A stretch of DNA of 64,000 nucleotides. Origin: an uncultured Eubacteriales bacterium. Its GTDB lineage: Bacteria > Bacillota > Clostridia > Lachnospirales > Bianqueaceae. A program made the translations under genes and the position numbers. The notes beneath the pieces are model-generated. The model was not told the origin of the DNA. It made no database searches and was given only the letters and a program-made list of their open reading frames with translations. This document shows positions 28,361 through 37,929 of the stretch, one piece after another. Every line of letters starts with the position of its first letter. Positions within the stretch are counted from its first letter, which is position 1. The DNA is taken from assembly GCA_900315265.1 (NCBI GenBank), contig OMYN01000002.1:74877-138876 (forward strand), read 5' to 3'.

Positions 28361-28526
28361 AGGTGTTTCCTTTATATTCTGCTTCGTTGCAATTAATATG
28401 GATTCTTATTGTATCATTCCGAGAGCCTATTGGCAAATCCGGTGCTGAAATTTCTTTCCTCGTATGCTATAATAAAATGATTTTTGAAAGTCTGCGCAAG
28501 CTTTGCAGACGGAAAGATATACACTT

Positions 28527-29879
28527 ATGAAACATTATCATTTTATCGGTATAGGCGGTATCAGCATGAGCGGTATCGCTATGATCCTTAAAAGCCGCGG
28601 CTATATAGTCACCGGTTCCGACCGTTCCGAAAATGAAATGGTCCGGGCTCTTGAAAAAGCAGGGATACCGGTCGCCATCGGCCAGAAAGCTTCCAATATC
28701 ACCTCGGACATCGATACGGTCGTATACACTGCGGCCATCCACGACGACAACGAGGAACTGATCGCAGCCCGCGCCGTCTGCCCGCGTGTCATCGAGCGTT
28801 CGGTCATGCTGGGAGAACTTTTGAATGAATCCCGTATCCCCATAGCCGTTGCCGGGACTCACGGCAAGACCAGCACCAGCTCGATCCTGGCCTGCATTTT
28901 GATGGCTGCCGGCAAGGATCCTTCCTTTTCCATCGGCGGCGTCCTGGCATCCACCAACACCAACTATCGGGTCGGCAAGGGTGATCATATGCTGATCGAG
29001 GCTTGCGAATACCATGACAGTTTCCTGGATTTTCATCCCGTCATCAACATCATCACCAACATAGAGCCGGAGCATCTGGACTATTTCAAGACCTTCGAAA
29101 ATGAACTGGCCTCCTTCGACAAATATGTCAGCACCATGAGACCGGGAGGTGTCCTGATCACGTCACCACAGCTGAAAGAACATTTCAAGACCGTAACGGA
29201 CCATATCTTCACCGTATCGGTGGACGGTCCTTCCGACATTTACGCTATAGATATCGTGCGCCACGAGACGGGCCTTGGTTCCTCTTTCCACGTCGTATAT
29301 CAGGGTCAGGATCTGGGTCAGGTCGACCTGTATGTACCCGGCCGACACCTGATCTACGACTGCCTGTGCGCCATTATGGCTGCTATATACGACGGCATTC
29401 CCTTCGAAGCCATCCAACAGGGCGTTGCCGGCTATAAGGCGACCAAAAAAAGGTTCGAGTACCTGGGCAGCTGGCACGGGACTGCCATCGTTGACGATTA
29501 CGCTCATCATCCGTCCGAGATCAAGGCGACCCTGAAGGCCGCCCGCGAGATCCCTATGAAGGACCTGTGGGTCGCTTTCCAGCCCCATACCTACAGCCGC
29601 ACCATCAACTTCTTCGATGATTTTGTCGACGCCCTTTCTATGGCGGATCATATCGTGCTGGCGGACATCTATGCGGCGCGTGAAGTCGACACAGGTGTCG
29701 TTTCGTCGAAGATGCTGGCCGATGCTCTTCGCGAACGAGGCAAGGACGCTTACTACTTCCCCACGTTCGATGAGATCAAAAACTTTTTGGAAAAAAATAT
29801 TTCCCCCAAGGACCTGTTGATAACTATGGGGGCCGGAACCATCGTAGATGTGGCACATTCCATGTTATCGGAAAAGTAA
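28527..29879 (+). CDS. murC: UDP-N-acetylmuramate--L-alanine ligase
   Basis: HFIGIGGISMSGIA and GTHGKTSTSS motifs. ATG at 28527 is preferred over the upstream TTG. Confidence 0.9.
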   Translation: MKHYHFIGIGGISMSGIAMILKSRGYIVTGSDRSENEMVRALEKAGIPVAIGQKASNITSDIDTVVYTAAIHDDNEELIAARAVCPRVIERSVMLGELLNESRIPIAVAGTHGKTSTSSILACILMAAGKDPSFSIGGVLASTNTNYRVGKGDHMLIEACEYHDSFLDFHPVINIITNIEPEHLDYFKTFENELASFDKYVSTMRPGGVLITSPQLKEHFKTVTDHIFTVSVDGPSDIYAIDIVRHETGLGSSFHVVYQGQDLGQVDLYVPGRHLIYDCLCAIMAAIYDGIPFEAIQQGVAGYKATKKRFEYLGSWHGTAIVDDYAHHPSEIKATLKAAREIPMKDLWVAFQPHTYSRTINFFDDFVDALSMADHIVLADIYAAREVDTGVVSSKMLADALRERGKDAYYFPTFDEIKNFLEKNISPKDLLITMGAGTIVDVAHSMLSEK

Positions 29880-30066
29880 TCCACATTATCCACAATTCCG
29901 GCTGTCGAACACTTGTTCACAATCGGGGCATAACTTTTCGAAAATGGGGGATAACTCGGACCAGTTACCCCCCTTTTAAATGCTTTATTCTTAACGATTC
30001 GGCCCATCCGAGGCAAGTTATCCACAATCGTCCCCCCCTGGTCCGTTTGTTCGGTCTTGTGGATTT
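29877..30066. promoter_or_regulatory. cluster of DnaA-box-like 9-mers upstream of the DnaD/DnaI-like operon
   Basis: TAATCCACA (29877-29885) abuts TTATCCACA (29886-29894). Also TTGTTCACA (29913-29921), TTATCCACA (30018-30026) and TGTGGATTT (30058-30066, opposite strand). Two are perfect matches to TTATCCACA. Confidence 0.6.
29946..29978 (+). terminator. probable terminator after murC
   Basis: GGGGGATAACT-CGGACC-AGTTACCCCCC followed by TTTT. One internal mismatch. Confidence 0.55.
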
Positions 30067-30197
30067 CCCTCCTCTTTTCATTTAAAGTCTCCCTGTTTAT
30101 AATACAGACAAGACCAAAAGCCGCCTGTATGTTCGGTGTCCCGCCTTCCGACAGAGGCTTCAGCGGTCAATTTTTTTGGACAAGGACATGACCAACT

Positions 30198-31271
30198 ATG
30201 GCACATCTTTCGTTTACTCCCATCGATTCTCAGTTTACGACACCTGTTCCGGACTCCTTTATCACGGATAAAATGCTTTCGGCTTCCGCCACCATGATCA
30301 AGGTGTATCTGTATGTTCTGTATGCCTATCAGAAAAAGCTGGAAGATTTTACTTTCGCAAGCGTAGCGGAAAAACTGGACATTCTGGAATCCGATGTGCT
30401 CAAGGCCCTGCAGTACTGGGATGAAAAAGACCTGCTGACCCTGGTCCATGATCCTTCCTCCGACAACTGGTCTGTATTATTTGCTTCTCATGCTTCGGTG
30501 CCGCCCAAGGGACAGGAACCTCTGCCGGACCGGGAGGCTTCCGCATCTGTCCAGGGGGCGGACAGCAAGATCATCCGGGTCGAACAGAAGCCTACCTACT
30601 CTCCCGAAGAGATGGCCTGCTATAAAAACGATCCCAAGATCGCCCATCTGTTTGAAGAATCCCAGAAGATCCTGGGAGGTCCGGTCAGCTCCGCCAACCT
30701 GTCCACTCTTTTCAGTTTTTATGATTATTACCGCCTGCCCTGCGACGTGATCCTTTATATGCTGTCCTACTGTGCGTCCAACGGCCACCGGGAGCTGCGC
30801 TATATCGAAAAAGTCGCTCAGGACTGGTCCGACCACGGTATAAAGACCGTCGACCAGGCAAAAGACCATGTGGCTACCTTTACCAAATGGCGCCCCATCC
30901 TGCGCGCTCTTCACGAAAGCCGGCTGGAACCTACCGACGAACAGCTGATCTATTTCCGCCGTTTCCTGGAAGAATATCAGATGCCTATGGAACTGGTCCT
31001 GAATGCCGCCGAGCGTACCTATGACAACGTGGGCCGAGCTAACTTGAATTATATGGACAGTATCCTGAAAAACTGGTACAGCCAGGGCATCCGTACCTTA
31101 AAGGCCGTGGAGGCCGAGGACGCCCGTTTCCAGAACAGCCGGCAGTCGGGCCGCAAAACGGCTTCGGCCGGTTCGCTCAATAACTTCAAGTCTTCCTTCG
31201 ACGATCAAGACCTGGATCTTCTTAAGAAACAGGCTTTAGACCGCACCTTCGATGAAAGGAGTCAGTCATGA
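30198..31271 (+). CDS. DnaD-domain replication initiation/helicase-loading protein (DnaB/DnaD-like)
   Basis: N-terminal winged-helix-like segment and C-terminal DnaD-type repeats (YFRRFLEEYQMPMELVLNAAERT..NLNYMDSILKNWYSQGIRT). Its stop overlaps the next gene (ATGA). Confidence 0.8.
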   Translation: MAHLSFTPIDSQFTTPVPDSFITDKMLSASATMIKVYLYVLYAYQKKLEDFTFASVAEKLDILESDVLKALQYWDEKDLLTLVHDPSSDNWSVLFASHASVPPKGQEPLPDREASASVQGADSKIIRVEQKPTYSPEEMACYKNDPKIAHLFEESQKILGGPVSSANLSTLFSFYDYYRLPCDVILYMLSYCASNGHRELRYIEKVAQDWSDHGIKTVDQAKDHVATFTKWRPILRALHESRLEPTDEQLIYFRRFLEEYQMPMELVLNAAERTYDNVGRANLNYMDSILKNWYSQGIRTLKAVEAEDARFQNSRQSGRKTASAGSLNNFKSSFDDQDLDLLKKQALDRTFDERSQS

Positions 31272-32281
31272 CGGATTACGGCAGGTCGGAGATCTTCAAA
31301 GCTGCCTTAAAGGAAATCAAAGAAAAACGCATGGCCGAAGAAGCCGATGCCCGGATCCGCCGTCAGGAAGTTTATCAGAAACAGCCCCGGGTCAGAGAAC
31401 TGGACAGCGAGCTTGGCTCCACCGGCGCCGCAGCGATGAAATATTATCTGACTCATCCCGATCAGGATAAAGACCGGATCAAAAAAGAACTGGAGGGCAG
31501 AAACAATAAACTGCGCAGGGAAAGAGCCTCCCTGCTTATGTCCTTAGGTTATCCCGAGGATTATACAGACGTTCATTACGAATGCCCGGACTGCCATGAT
31601 ACCGGCTTTATCGACCGCATGCCGGACGGTTCCATTCCCAAGGATCCCCGCTGCCACTGCCTGAAAAAGAAGATACTGGAACTCAGCTATCATTCCCCAT
31701 ACATGAAAAAGACCATCGAAAAGGAAAATTTTTCCACCTTCAACGATCAGGTCTTTTCCGACCGCCCCTTTGAAAAGTACCAGCTGTCCCCCAGGGACAA
31801 CGCCATGCGCTGCTTTGACCTTTTGCTCCGCTTCTGTCAGGATTTTCCGGATACCGATCCCCGCAATGTTTTTATCAGCGGCAAGACCGGGACCGGCAAG
31901 ACCTACCTGTGCAACTGTGTAGCCAAAGCCCTTCTCGACCGTGGTTTTACCGTTATCTTCCAGCCAGCCGACGACATCATCAACGCCCTGGGCAGCCTGC
32001 GCTTCAGCCCCGAGCCTTCACAGCTGGGGTTATCTTTGAAAAGTGCCGACATGGTCATCATCGATGATCTGGGGGCGGAAGTTCCGACCCAGTCCGGTCC
32101 GGCCCTTCTTTTGGGCCTGATGAACCAGCGCCTGTCGGAAGGAAAAGCCATGATGATCTCGTCCAACCTGGATCTGAAGGAGCTGCAGAAAACCTATTCC
32201 GACCGTTTCCTTTCCCGCCTGCTGGGCAGTTTCAAATATCTGGAAATGTACGGACCCGATCTGAGACTGAGGCGGTTCTGA
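31268..32281 (+). CDS. DnaC/DnaI-type AAA+ helicase loader
   Basis: Zn-ribbon-like CPDCHDTGF..CHC. Walker A GKTGTGKTYL and Walker B MVIIDDLG. Confidence 0.85.
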   Translation: MTDYGRSEIFKAALKEIKEKRMAEEADARIRRQEVYQKQPRVRELDSELGSTGAAAMKYYLTHPDQDKDRIKKELEGRNNKLRRERASLLMSLGYPEDYTDVHYECPDCHDTGFIDRMPDGSIPKDPRCHCLKKKILELSYHSPYMKKTIEKENFSTFNDQVFSDRPFEKYQLSPRDNAMRCFDLLLRFCQDFPDTDPRNVFISGKTGTGKTYLCNCVAKALLDRGFTVIFQPADDIINALGSLRFSPEPSQLGLSLKSADMVIIDDLGAEVPTQSGPALLLGLMNQRLSEGKAMMISSNLDLKELQKTYSDRFLSRLLGSFKYLEMYGPDLRLRRF

Positions 32282-32301
32282 TAATTTATCCAATAAAATA
32301 T

Positions 32302-32345
32302 GACCCGTCAGAGGAAATTTCTTCTGACGGGCCTTTATTTTTCGT
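32302..32345 (+). terminator. rho-independent terminator after the DnaD/DnaI-like operon
   Basis: CCCGTCAGAGG-AAATTT-CTTCTGACGGG followed by CCTTTATTTTT. Confidence 0.8.
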
Positions 32346-32349
32346 ATAT

Positions 32350-32907
32350 TTATGCTTTTTCGGAGTCGGTCTTCAATACGATCTTAGCCTTGCGCGGCGC
32401 GTACCGGCGGATATAGCGCTTCAATTCCTCCTCCGGCTGGAAATATACCACGTACATATCCTTCATATAGGTGCCCAGGATCACGTAGGTATCCTGATCC
32501 GGCTGGTCGGGGATAGCCAGCAGCTTTTTAGATGTTTTATCCTTTTCGATGGCCGCATGGACCTGGGGATCCAGGGCCGGGGCGATCAGTTCGACTTTGC
32601 GCAGATCGAAGCTGACCAGATGGCGGCGGGATGCCTTTCCGTAGATCACATCGATATCCAGGGTCCCGTCGGTATAAATGTACTCATACTCTTTGGCGGC
32701 CCGCCTCCACATGATCCACACCATCAGGGCCACCACCATCAAGAGGACCGGTTCAACGATATAAACGGCACTGGCTCCCAGCAAAAAAGGAAGAAAGCAG
32801 ATGATGATACCCGAGATCACGATCAGGATACGGCGGGTGGTATCCTGTTTTTTTGTGCCCCGCTTGACCATCTGTTCATAATAAACGTCTCCGTTTCTTG
32901 TTTCCAT
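32350..32907 (-). CDS. membrane protein of unknown function (two TM helices plus a soluble C-terminal domain)
   Basis: 185 aa with a hydrophobic hairpin at residues ~26-65. It is 21 nt downstream of the M18 peptidase gene. Confidence 0.6.
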   Translation of the reverse strand: METRNGDVYYEQMVKRGTKKQDTTRRILIVISGIIICFLPFLLGASAVYIVEPVLLMVVALMVWIMWRRAAKEYEYIYTDGTLDIDVIYGKASRRHLVSFDLRKVELIAPALDPQVHAAIEKDKTSKKLLAIPDQPDQDTYVILGTYMKDMYVVYFQPEEELKRYIRRYAPRKAKIVLKTDSEKA

Positions 32908-32928
32908 CGGCTGTCCTCCTATCGCTCC

Positions 32929-34215
32929 TTATGCCTGATAATAGGCAATAAAGGAACGTTTGGTATAATCGTAATCTTTGACCGCCATCAGTTCGCGGGC
33001 GGAATGCATAGACAAAAGGGCTACGCCCATATCCATGATATGACAGGGGACGGCGGCGGAAAGCACCGGTCCGAGGGTAGAACCGCCCCTTTCGTCCGAC
33101 CGGTTGGTAAACTTCTGGAATGGTACGCCGGCCTTTTGGCAGATGCTTTGATAAACGGCCACATCACAGCTTTGCGTCATATAAGACTGCTTGGCCGCCA
33201 TCTTGATGACAGGGCCCTTTCCCAGCTGGGTCTTCAGCACAGGATCGTGCTTTTCCGGATGATTGGGATGGATGGCATGAGCCACGTCGCCCGATACCAG
33301 GAAGGAATCCATGATATCCGACAGATACTGGCCGCGGCTGCGGCCCAGGGCCAGGCTCATTTTCTCCAGAATAAAAGCCGCGGTCGAGGTGCCGGCACCC
33401 TGGGGAGTACGGCTGCCGATCTCCTCATGGTCAAAGCCCATAAAGACATTGACAGAGGTGGTCGGTTTACTTTCGATCAGAGCGGTCGCTCCGGTATGCA
33501 CCATGACCAGATCGTCCAGGCGGCTGGCCGATAAGAATTCATCGCGGAACCCCACGATCTGCGGTTTATCGACAGCATAGGTAAAGAGGTCGAAGTCCAG
33601 GATCTTATCTGCCCCGACTCCCAATTCCCGGCACAGGGCCTCGATCAGGACCGGAACCTGATCATCCAGCAGCCCTTCTGTCAAAGCCCCTACCGGCAGC
33701 ATATCCACCTGGGGATTAAGTTCGACACCGTTATTGACATTGCGGTTCATATGGATGGCCAGGTTTGGGATGACAAGGACAGGCTTTTTGAAATCCACAT
33801 AGCGGATGTCCGGCCGGAAAGGATCGTCCGAAGCCAGAGACACTCGGCCGGCTAAAGACAAGGGCCGGTCCAGCCAGGTCGAAAAGATAGGGCCGCCGTA
33901 TACTTCGACATTTAACTTGACATAACCGTTCTGGCGGATCTCCGCGTCCGGCTTGATCCTGAAGCAGGGCTGATCGGTATGGGCACTGATCATACGGAAG
34001 AAGGGGGCTTTCAAGGCCGACAGATGGTCCGGCAGAGCAAAAGCATAGATAGCCGAATCATACACAGTGGTAAAGTAGCGTCCGCCCGCCTCGACCTTCC
34101 AGTCCCGGCTGCGGTCCAGCTGGGTAAAACCGGCTTTTTCAAACATCTCTTTTAGATTTTTGACCGTGTAAAAGCAAACCGGCGAATCCTCCAAAAACTG
34201 CATGAACTCTTTCAT
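32929..34215 (-). CDS. M18 family aminopeptidase
   Basis: 428 aa. HEEIGSRTPQGA and overall M18-like layout. Its start overlaps the nth stop (ATGA). Confidence 0.85.
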   Translation of the reverse strand: MKEFMQFLEDSPVCFYTVKNLKEMFEKAGFTQLDRSRDWKVEAGGRYFTTVYDSAIYAFALPDHLSALKAPFFRMISAHTDQPCFRIKPDAEIRQNGYVKLNVEVYGGPIFSTWLDRPLSLAGRVSLASDDPFRPDIRYVDFKKPVLVIPNLAIHMNRNVNNGVELNPQVDMLPVGALTEGLLDDQVPVLIEALCRELGVGADKILDFDLFTYAVDKPQIVGFRDEFLSASRLDDLVMVHTGATALIESKPTTSVNVFMGFDHEEIGSRTPQGAGTSTAAFILEKMSLALGRSRGQYLSDIMDSFLVSGDVAHAIHPNHPEKHDPVLKTQLGKGPVIKMAAKQSYMTQSCDVAVYQSICQKAGVPFQKFTNRSDERGGSTLGPVLSAAVPCHIMDMGVALLSMHSARELMAVKDYDYTKRSFIAYYQA

Positions 34216-34862
34216 TGCCCTTCCTCCTTCTTTGGGGATGCCTCACCGTAAAACTGACACAAATCTTTTACCGGGCAGGCCTCGCACATGGGTTTTCTGG
34301 CTTTGCAGCACCGTCTTCCGTGAAAGATCAGCAGGTGGTGGGACAAAGACCAGCGGTCCTTGTCGATGGCCTCCTTCAGCTGTTTTTCGGTCTCCTCCGC
34401 CGTCTTGGCGTGAGCCAGTCCCAGCCGGTTGGATACCCTGAAAACGTGGGTGTCGACGGCAAGAGCCGGTATCCCGAAGGCGTTGGCCAAAACAACGTTA
34501 GCCGTTTTGCGGCCTACGCCCGGCAGCCTGGTAAGTTCCTCCATGGTATGGGGGACCTGGCCGCCGAATTCCTCCTTGATCTGGCGCCACATGTAATACA
34601 GGTGCTCGGCTTTGGTATTGAAAAAGCCCACTGTATGAATGTAGTCCCGGATCTGGTCCTGGCTTAAGGTCAGCAGTGAATCCAGGTCCGGATAATCAGC
34701 AAACAGCACCCTTGTCACCTTATTGACCTGGCGGTCCGTCGTCTGGGCCGACAGGACCGTTGCCGTGATCAGCTGCAAAGGATCTTCAAATTCCAGCTCG
34801 CAGGCAGCGTCCGGATAAGCCTTGGCCAGCCGGTCCAATATTTCTCTGGTTTTCTCTGTCAT
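34212..34862 (-). CDS. nth: endonuclease III
   Basis: HhH-GPD motif LPGVGRKTANVVL. 4Fe-4S loop CKARKPMCEACPVKDLC. Confidence 0.95.
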   Translation of the reverse strand: MTEKTREILDRLAKAYPDAACELEFEDPLQLITATVLSAQTTDRQVNKVTRVLFADYPDLDSLLTLSQDQIRDYIHTVGFFNTKAEHLYYMWRQIKEEFGGQVPHTMEELTRLPGVGRKTANVVLANAFGIPALAVDTHVFRVSNRLGLAHAKTAEETEKQLKEAIDKDRWSLSHHLLIFHGRRCCKARKPMCEACPVKDLCQFYGEASPKKEEGQ

Positions 34863-34874
34863 CGTTTTTATCCG

Positions 34875-36395
34875 TTATTTGCCCAGGGCCGTATCCAGAG
34901 CTTTTTGCAGCTGGGCATCCTGGGTAATATCCGGGATACCGTTTTCGTCTTTGATCTTAGCCAGAGATACCCCGTCGTCCAAAGACACTTCGATATCCGG
35001 AGTCAGTCCCTTGCCGTGGAAGTTTTCACCGTTAGGCGTATAGAAATAATTGGTAGTCAGTTTGATGCCGCTGCCGTCGTTTAAGGGATAGACCGTCTGG
35101 GCAATACCTTTGCCGTAGGACTGCTGGCCGATCAGGACGGCTCCGTAACGGTCCCTGAGAGCGGCAGATATCAATTCCGAACAGCTGGCCGAATTGCCGT
35201 TGATCAGAATATACAGCTTCACGTTCAGCTCATTACCGTCTGTGGTGGAATTATAGTCTCTGCGGCTGCCGTTTTTATCAAGCATGTAGGTAACGGTCCC
35301 TTCGTCCAGGAACTCATCGGCAATGGCAACGCCGACGTTGACAAGTCCGCCGGGATTATCGCGCAGGTCCAGGATCAGGGAAGTCATACCCTGGGACGCC
35401 AGATCGCGGACAGCCGTATGGAACTGATCGGCCGCCACCTCGTCAAAACCGGTCAGAGAGATGTAGCCGACCTTATTATCCTTATCGAGCATGGTGGAAT
35501 ATACTTCCGTCACGGTCAGCTTCTGGCGTGTAATGGTCATATCCTTTTTCTCGCCGTTGCGGTAATAAGTGATGGTGACGTCGGTCCCCTCTTCGCCCCG
35601 GATATAAGAGACCATCTCGGAAAGGGTCATCCCGTCAAAGGAAGTCCCGTCCGCGCCTACGATCACATCGCCTGTCTGCAGTCCCTGCTGATAAGCCGGC
35701 CCGTTGGGGTTGACACTCATAACATCCGCCCCTTCGCCCGATGTATCCAGCATGACGGTAACGCCGATGCCGACATAGTTACCCTCTGTCTGCTGGCTCA
35801 TATCCTGCATTTCGTCCTGGTTATAGTAAGCGGCATATTTATCGCCGGTCCCGTCGACCAGACCGTGAAGGGCCCCGTTGATCAGGTTCTCATGGCTGAC
35901 ATCATCGTATTCGTTGGAATCGATCATGCTGACCAGCTGATCTGCCTTATCGAGCAGTTCCTTCTGCTCGTCCGTGGTAAGGCCGCCCTCTCCGGAGGAA
36001 GTTATATTTGGGGATACACTTGAGCCGTTTTTCAAAGGGCCGACCAGGTTGATCAAAAATATTACCAATAGGCAAATGATCAGGCCGCTGACGAGGCCGC
36101 CTGCGAACCAGGCTCCGTGATGGGGCTTGCGTGGTTTCTGAGGCTGCATAGGATACATGCTGCCGGGTCCCTGAGGATTCGTATATCCCTGCGGCCCCTG
36201 ATATTGCTGCCATCCGTTATTGGCGCCGTTACCCGGACAAGGCTGATTGTTCCAGATCTGGCTGCCCCAGTCCTGCTGGGGATTTTGAGGCTGCGGATCC
36301 TGGGGCTGCCCATTTTGCGGCCGGGGATCCTGATCCTGCTCGGCCTGATTGCTGCCGAAGTTCTGATCGATAGGGTCATTGATAGGATCGGACAT
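34875..36395 (-). CDS. S41 family C-terminal processing peptidase with a Q/P-rich N-terminal tail and TM anchor
   Basis: RDNPGGLV and GNSASCSEL motifs, a PDZ-like middle region and one TM (WFAGGLVSGLIICLLVIFLINLV). Confidence 0.9.
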   Translation of the reverse strand: MSDPINDPIDQNFGSNQAEQDQDPRPQNGQPQDPQPQNPQQDWGSQIWNNQPCPGNGANNGWQQYQGPQGYTNPQGPGSMYPMQPQKPRKPHHGAWFAGGLVSGLIICLLVIFLINLVGPLKNGSSVSPNITSSGEGGLTTDEQKELLDKADQLVSMIDSNEYDDVSHENLINGALHGLVDGTGDKYAAYYNQDEMQDMSQQTEGNYVGIGVTVMLDTSGEGADVMSVNPNGPAYQQGLQTGDVIVGADGTSFDGMTLSEMVSYIRGEEGTDVTITYYRNGEKKDMTITRQKLTVTEVYSTMLDKDNKVGYISLTGFDEVAADQFHTAVRDLASQGMTSLILDLRDNPGGLVNVGVAIADEFLDEGTVTYMLDKNGSRRDYNSTTDGNELNVKLYILINGNSASCSELISAALRDRYGAVLIGQQSYGKGIAQTVYPLNDGSGIKLTTNYFYTPNGENFHGKGLTPDIEVSLDDGVSLAKIKDENGIPDITQDAQLQKALDTALGK

Positions 36396-36512
36396 ATAAA
36401 AAGTACCTCCTGTACTATTACGATATCATTCAACGTACCGTTTCATTATAACCGAAAAAACCGGATGCAGATACCTTATCCGGTAAATGTTAAAAATTGT
36501 TCACGGATTTAT

Positions 36513-36542
36513 AAAAAAAGGGACCGGAATATTTCCGGCCCC
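36513..36542 (-). terminator. rho-independent terminator after the solitary MsmK-like gene
   Basis: Minus strand GGGGCCGGAAATATTCCGGTCCC followed by TTTTTTT. Confidence 0.8.
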
Positions 36543-36588
36543 TTTGTAAAAAGAGTAGTAATTATGAAGAAACAGATAATTGTTATGA

Positions 36589-37701
36589 TCAGTTAGTGAT
36601 CACGTTTTCGGTCTCTTTGTCGAATACGTGCAGACGGCTGGGATCAAGGGCAAGTTTGATGGTATCGCCGTTCTTTACCTGCAGTCTGGGACTTGCTTTA
36701 GCGATCAGATCGACATCATCGATGTTCATGTACAGATGCAGTTCTGCACCAAGAAGCTCGGTTGCGTTGATTTCTGCGGTAATGCAGTCCTCGGGGAATT
36801 TAGCCATGGTCTCTTCATCCTCATGAAGATCCTCAGGACGGATACCCATAACGACGGTCTGGCCGATATAGCCGCCGTCAACGATCTTAACAGCCTTGTC
36901 TTTAGGCAGCAGGACTTTCTGTCCCTTGAAGGTCAGGTATACATTGTTTCCTTCCTTCTGAGGAACCGCGTCGATGAAGTTCATCTGAGGAGATCCGATG
37001 AAACCGGCAACGAAGAGGTTCTGAGGCTCGTTGTACAGTTTTACAGGAGCATCTACCTGCTGGATCAGACCATCTTTCATAACGACGATACGGGTACCAA
37101 GGGTCATAGCCTCTACCTGGTCATGGGTTACGTAAATGATGGTGGCATGCAGTCTTTCATGCAGACGGGCGATCTCGATACGCATCTGAACACGAAGTTT
37201 TGCATCCAGGTTGGACAGAGGTTCGTCCATCAGGAAGACCTTGGGGTTACGAACGATCGCACGTCCCATGGCAACACGCTGGCGCTGGCCGCCGGAAAGA
37301 GCCTTGGGTTTACGGTCAAGCAGATGCTCGATCTCAAGGATCTTGGCTGCTTCGTGAACTCGTTTTTCAATTTCAGCTTTCGGAGTCTTTCTCAGTTTCA
37401 GACCGAAGGCCATGTTATCAAATACGGTCATATGAGGGTACAGCGCATAGTTCTGGAAAACCATGGCGATATCACGATCTTTGGGAGCAACGTCGTTCAT
37501 CAGCTTGCCGCCGATATACAGCTCGCCATCGGTGATCTCTTCCAGACCGGCAATCATTCGAAGGGTCGTGGATTTACCGCAGCCGGAAGGACCGACGAAG
37601 ATGATGAATTCCTGGTCCTGAATGTCCAGATTAAAGTTGTTAACAGCCGTGATACCGTTGCTGTAGGTTTTCTTGATGTTCTTTAACTGAATACTTGCCA
37701 T
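36589..37701 (-). CDS. sugar ABC transporter ATP-binding protein (MsmK/MalK/UgpC type), solitary
   Basis: GPSGCGKST, LSGGQRQR and FLMDEPLSNLD motifs. ATG at 37701 follows GGAGG. Confidence 0.9.
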   Translation of the reverse strand: MASIQLKNIKKTYSNGITAVNNFNLDIQDQEFIIFVGPSGCGKSTTLRMIAGLEEITDGELYIGGKLMNDVAPKDRDIAMVFQNYALYPHMTVFDNMAFGLKLRKTPKAEIEKRVHEAAKILEIEHLLDRKPKALSGGQRQRVAMGRAIVRNPKVFLMDEPLSNLDAKLRVQMRIEIARLHERLHATIIYVTHDQVEAMTLGTRIVVMKDGLIQQVDAPVKLYNEPQNLFVAGFIGSPQMNFIDAVPQKEGNNVYLTFKGQKVLLPKDKAVKIVDGGYIGQTVVMGIRPEDLHEDEETMAKFPEDCITAEINATELLGAELHLYMNIDDVDLIAKASPRLQVKNGDTIKLALDPSRLHVFDKETENVITN

Positions 37702-37929
37702 TTCCGCCTCCAAAAAAGAAAATGAAAATTCTTGGTATCATATTACAACAAACAACATTTTTCTTCCATTCAAAATTTTACCAAAACTATATTTGATACT
37801 TTGTGTATCTTGCCCAAGTCCCGAAAATGTGCTGTAAAGCACCTATGTGCCTGTTGAAAATGCACAATGGAGCTTCTGAAACGAAAATGATACAATGATG
37901 AAAACAATCAATCCTGCGAGGTGTTTTTT

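Noticed and set aside
29877-30066. Chromosomal origin (oriC) at the DnaA-box cluster
   Set aside because: There is no dnaA, dnaN or rpmH context. There is no obvious AT-rich unwinding element with 13-mer-like repeats. A terminator sits in the middle. A secondary DnaA-binding or regulatory cluster is more likely.
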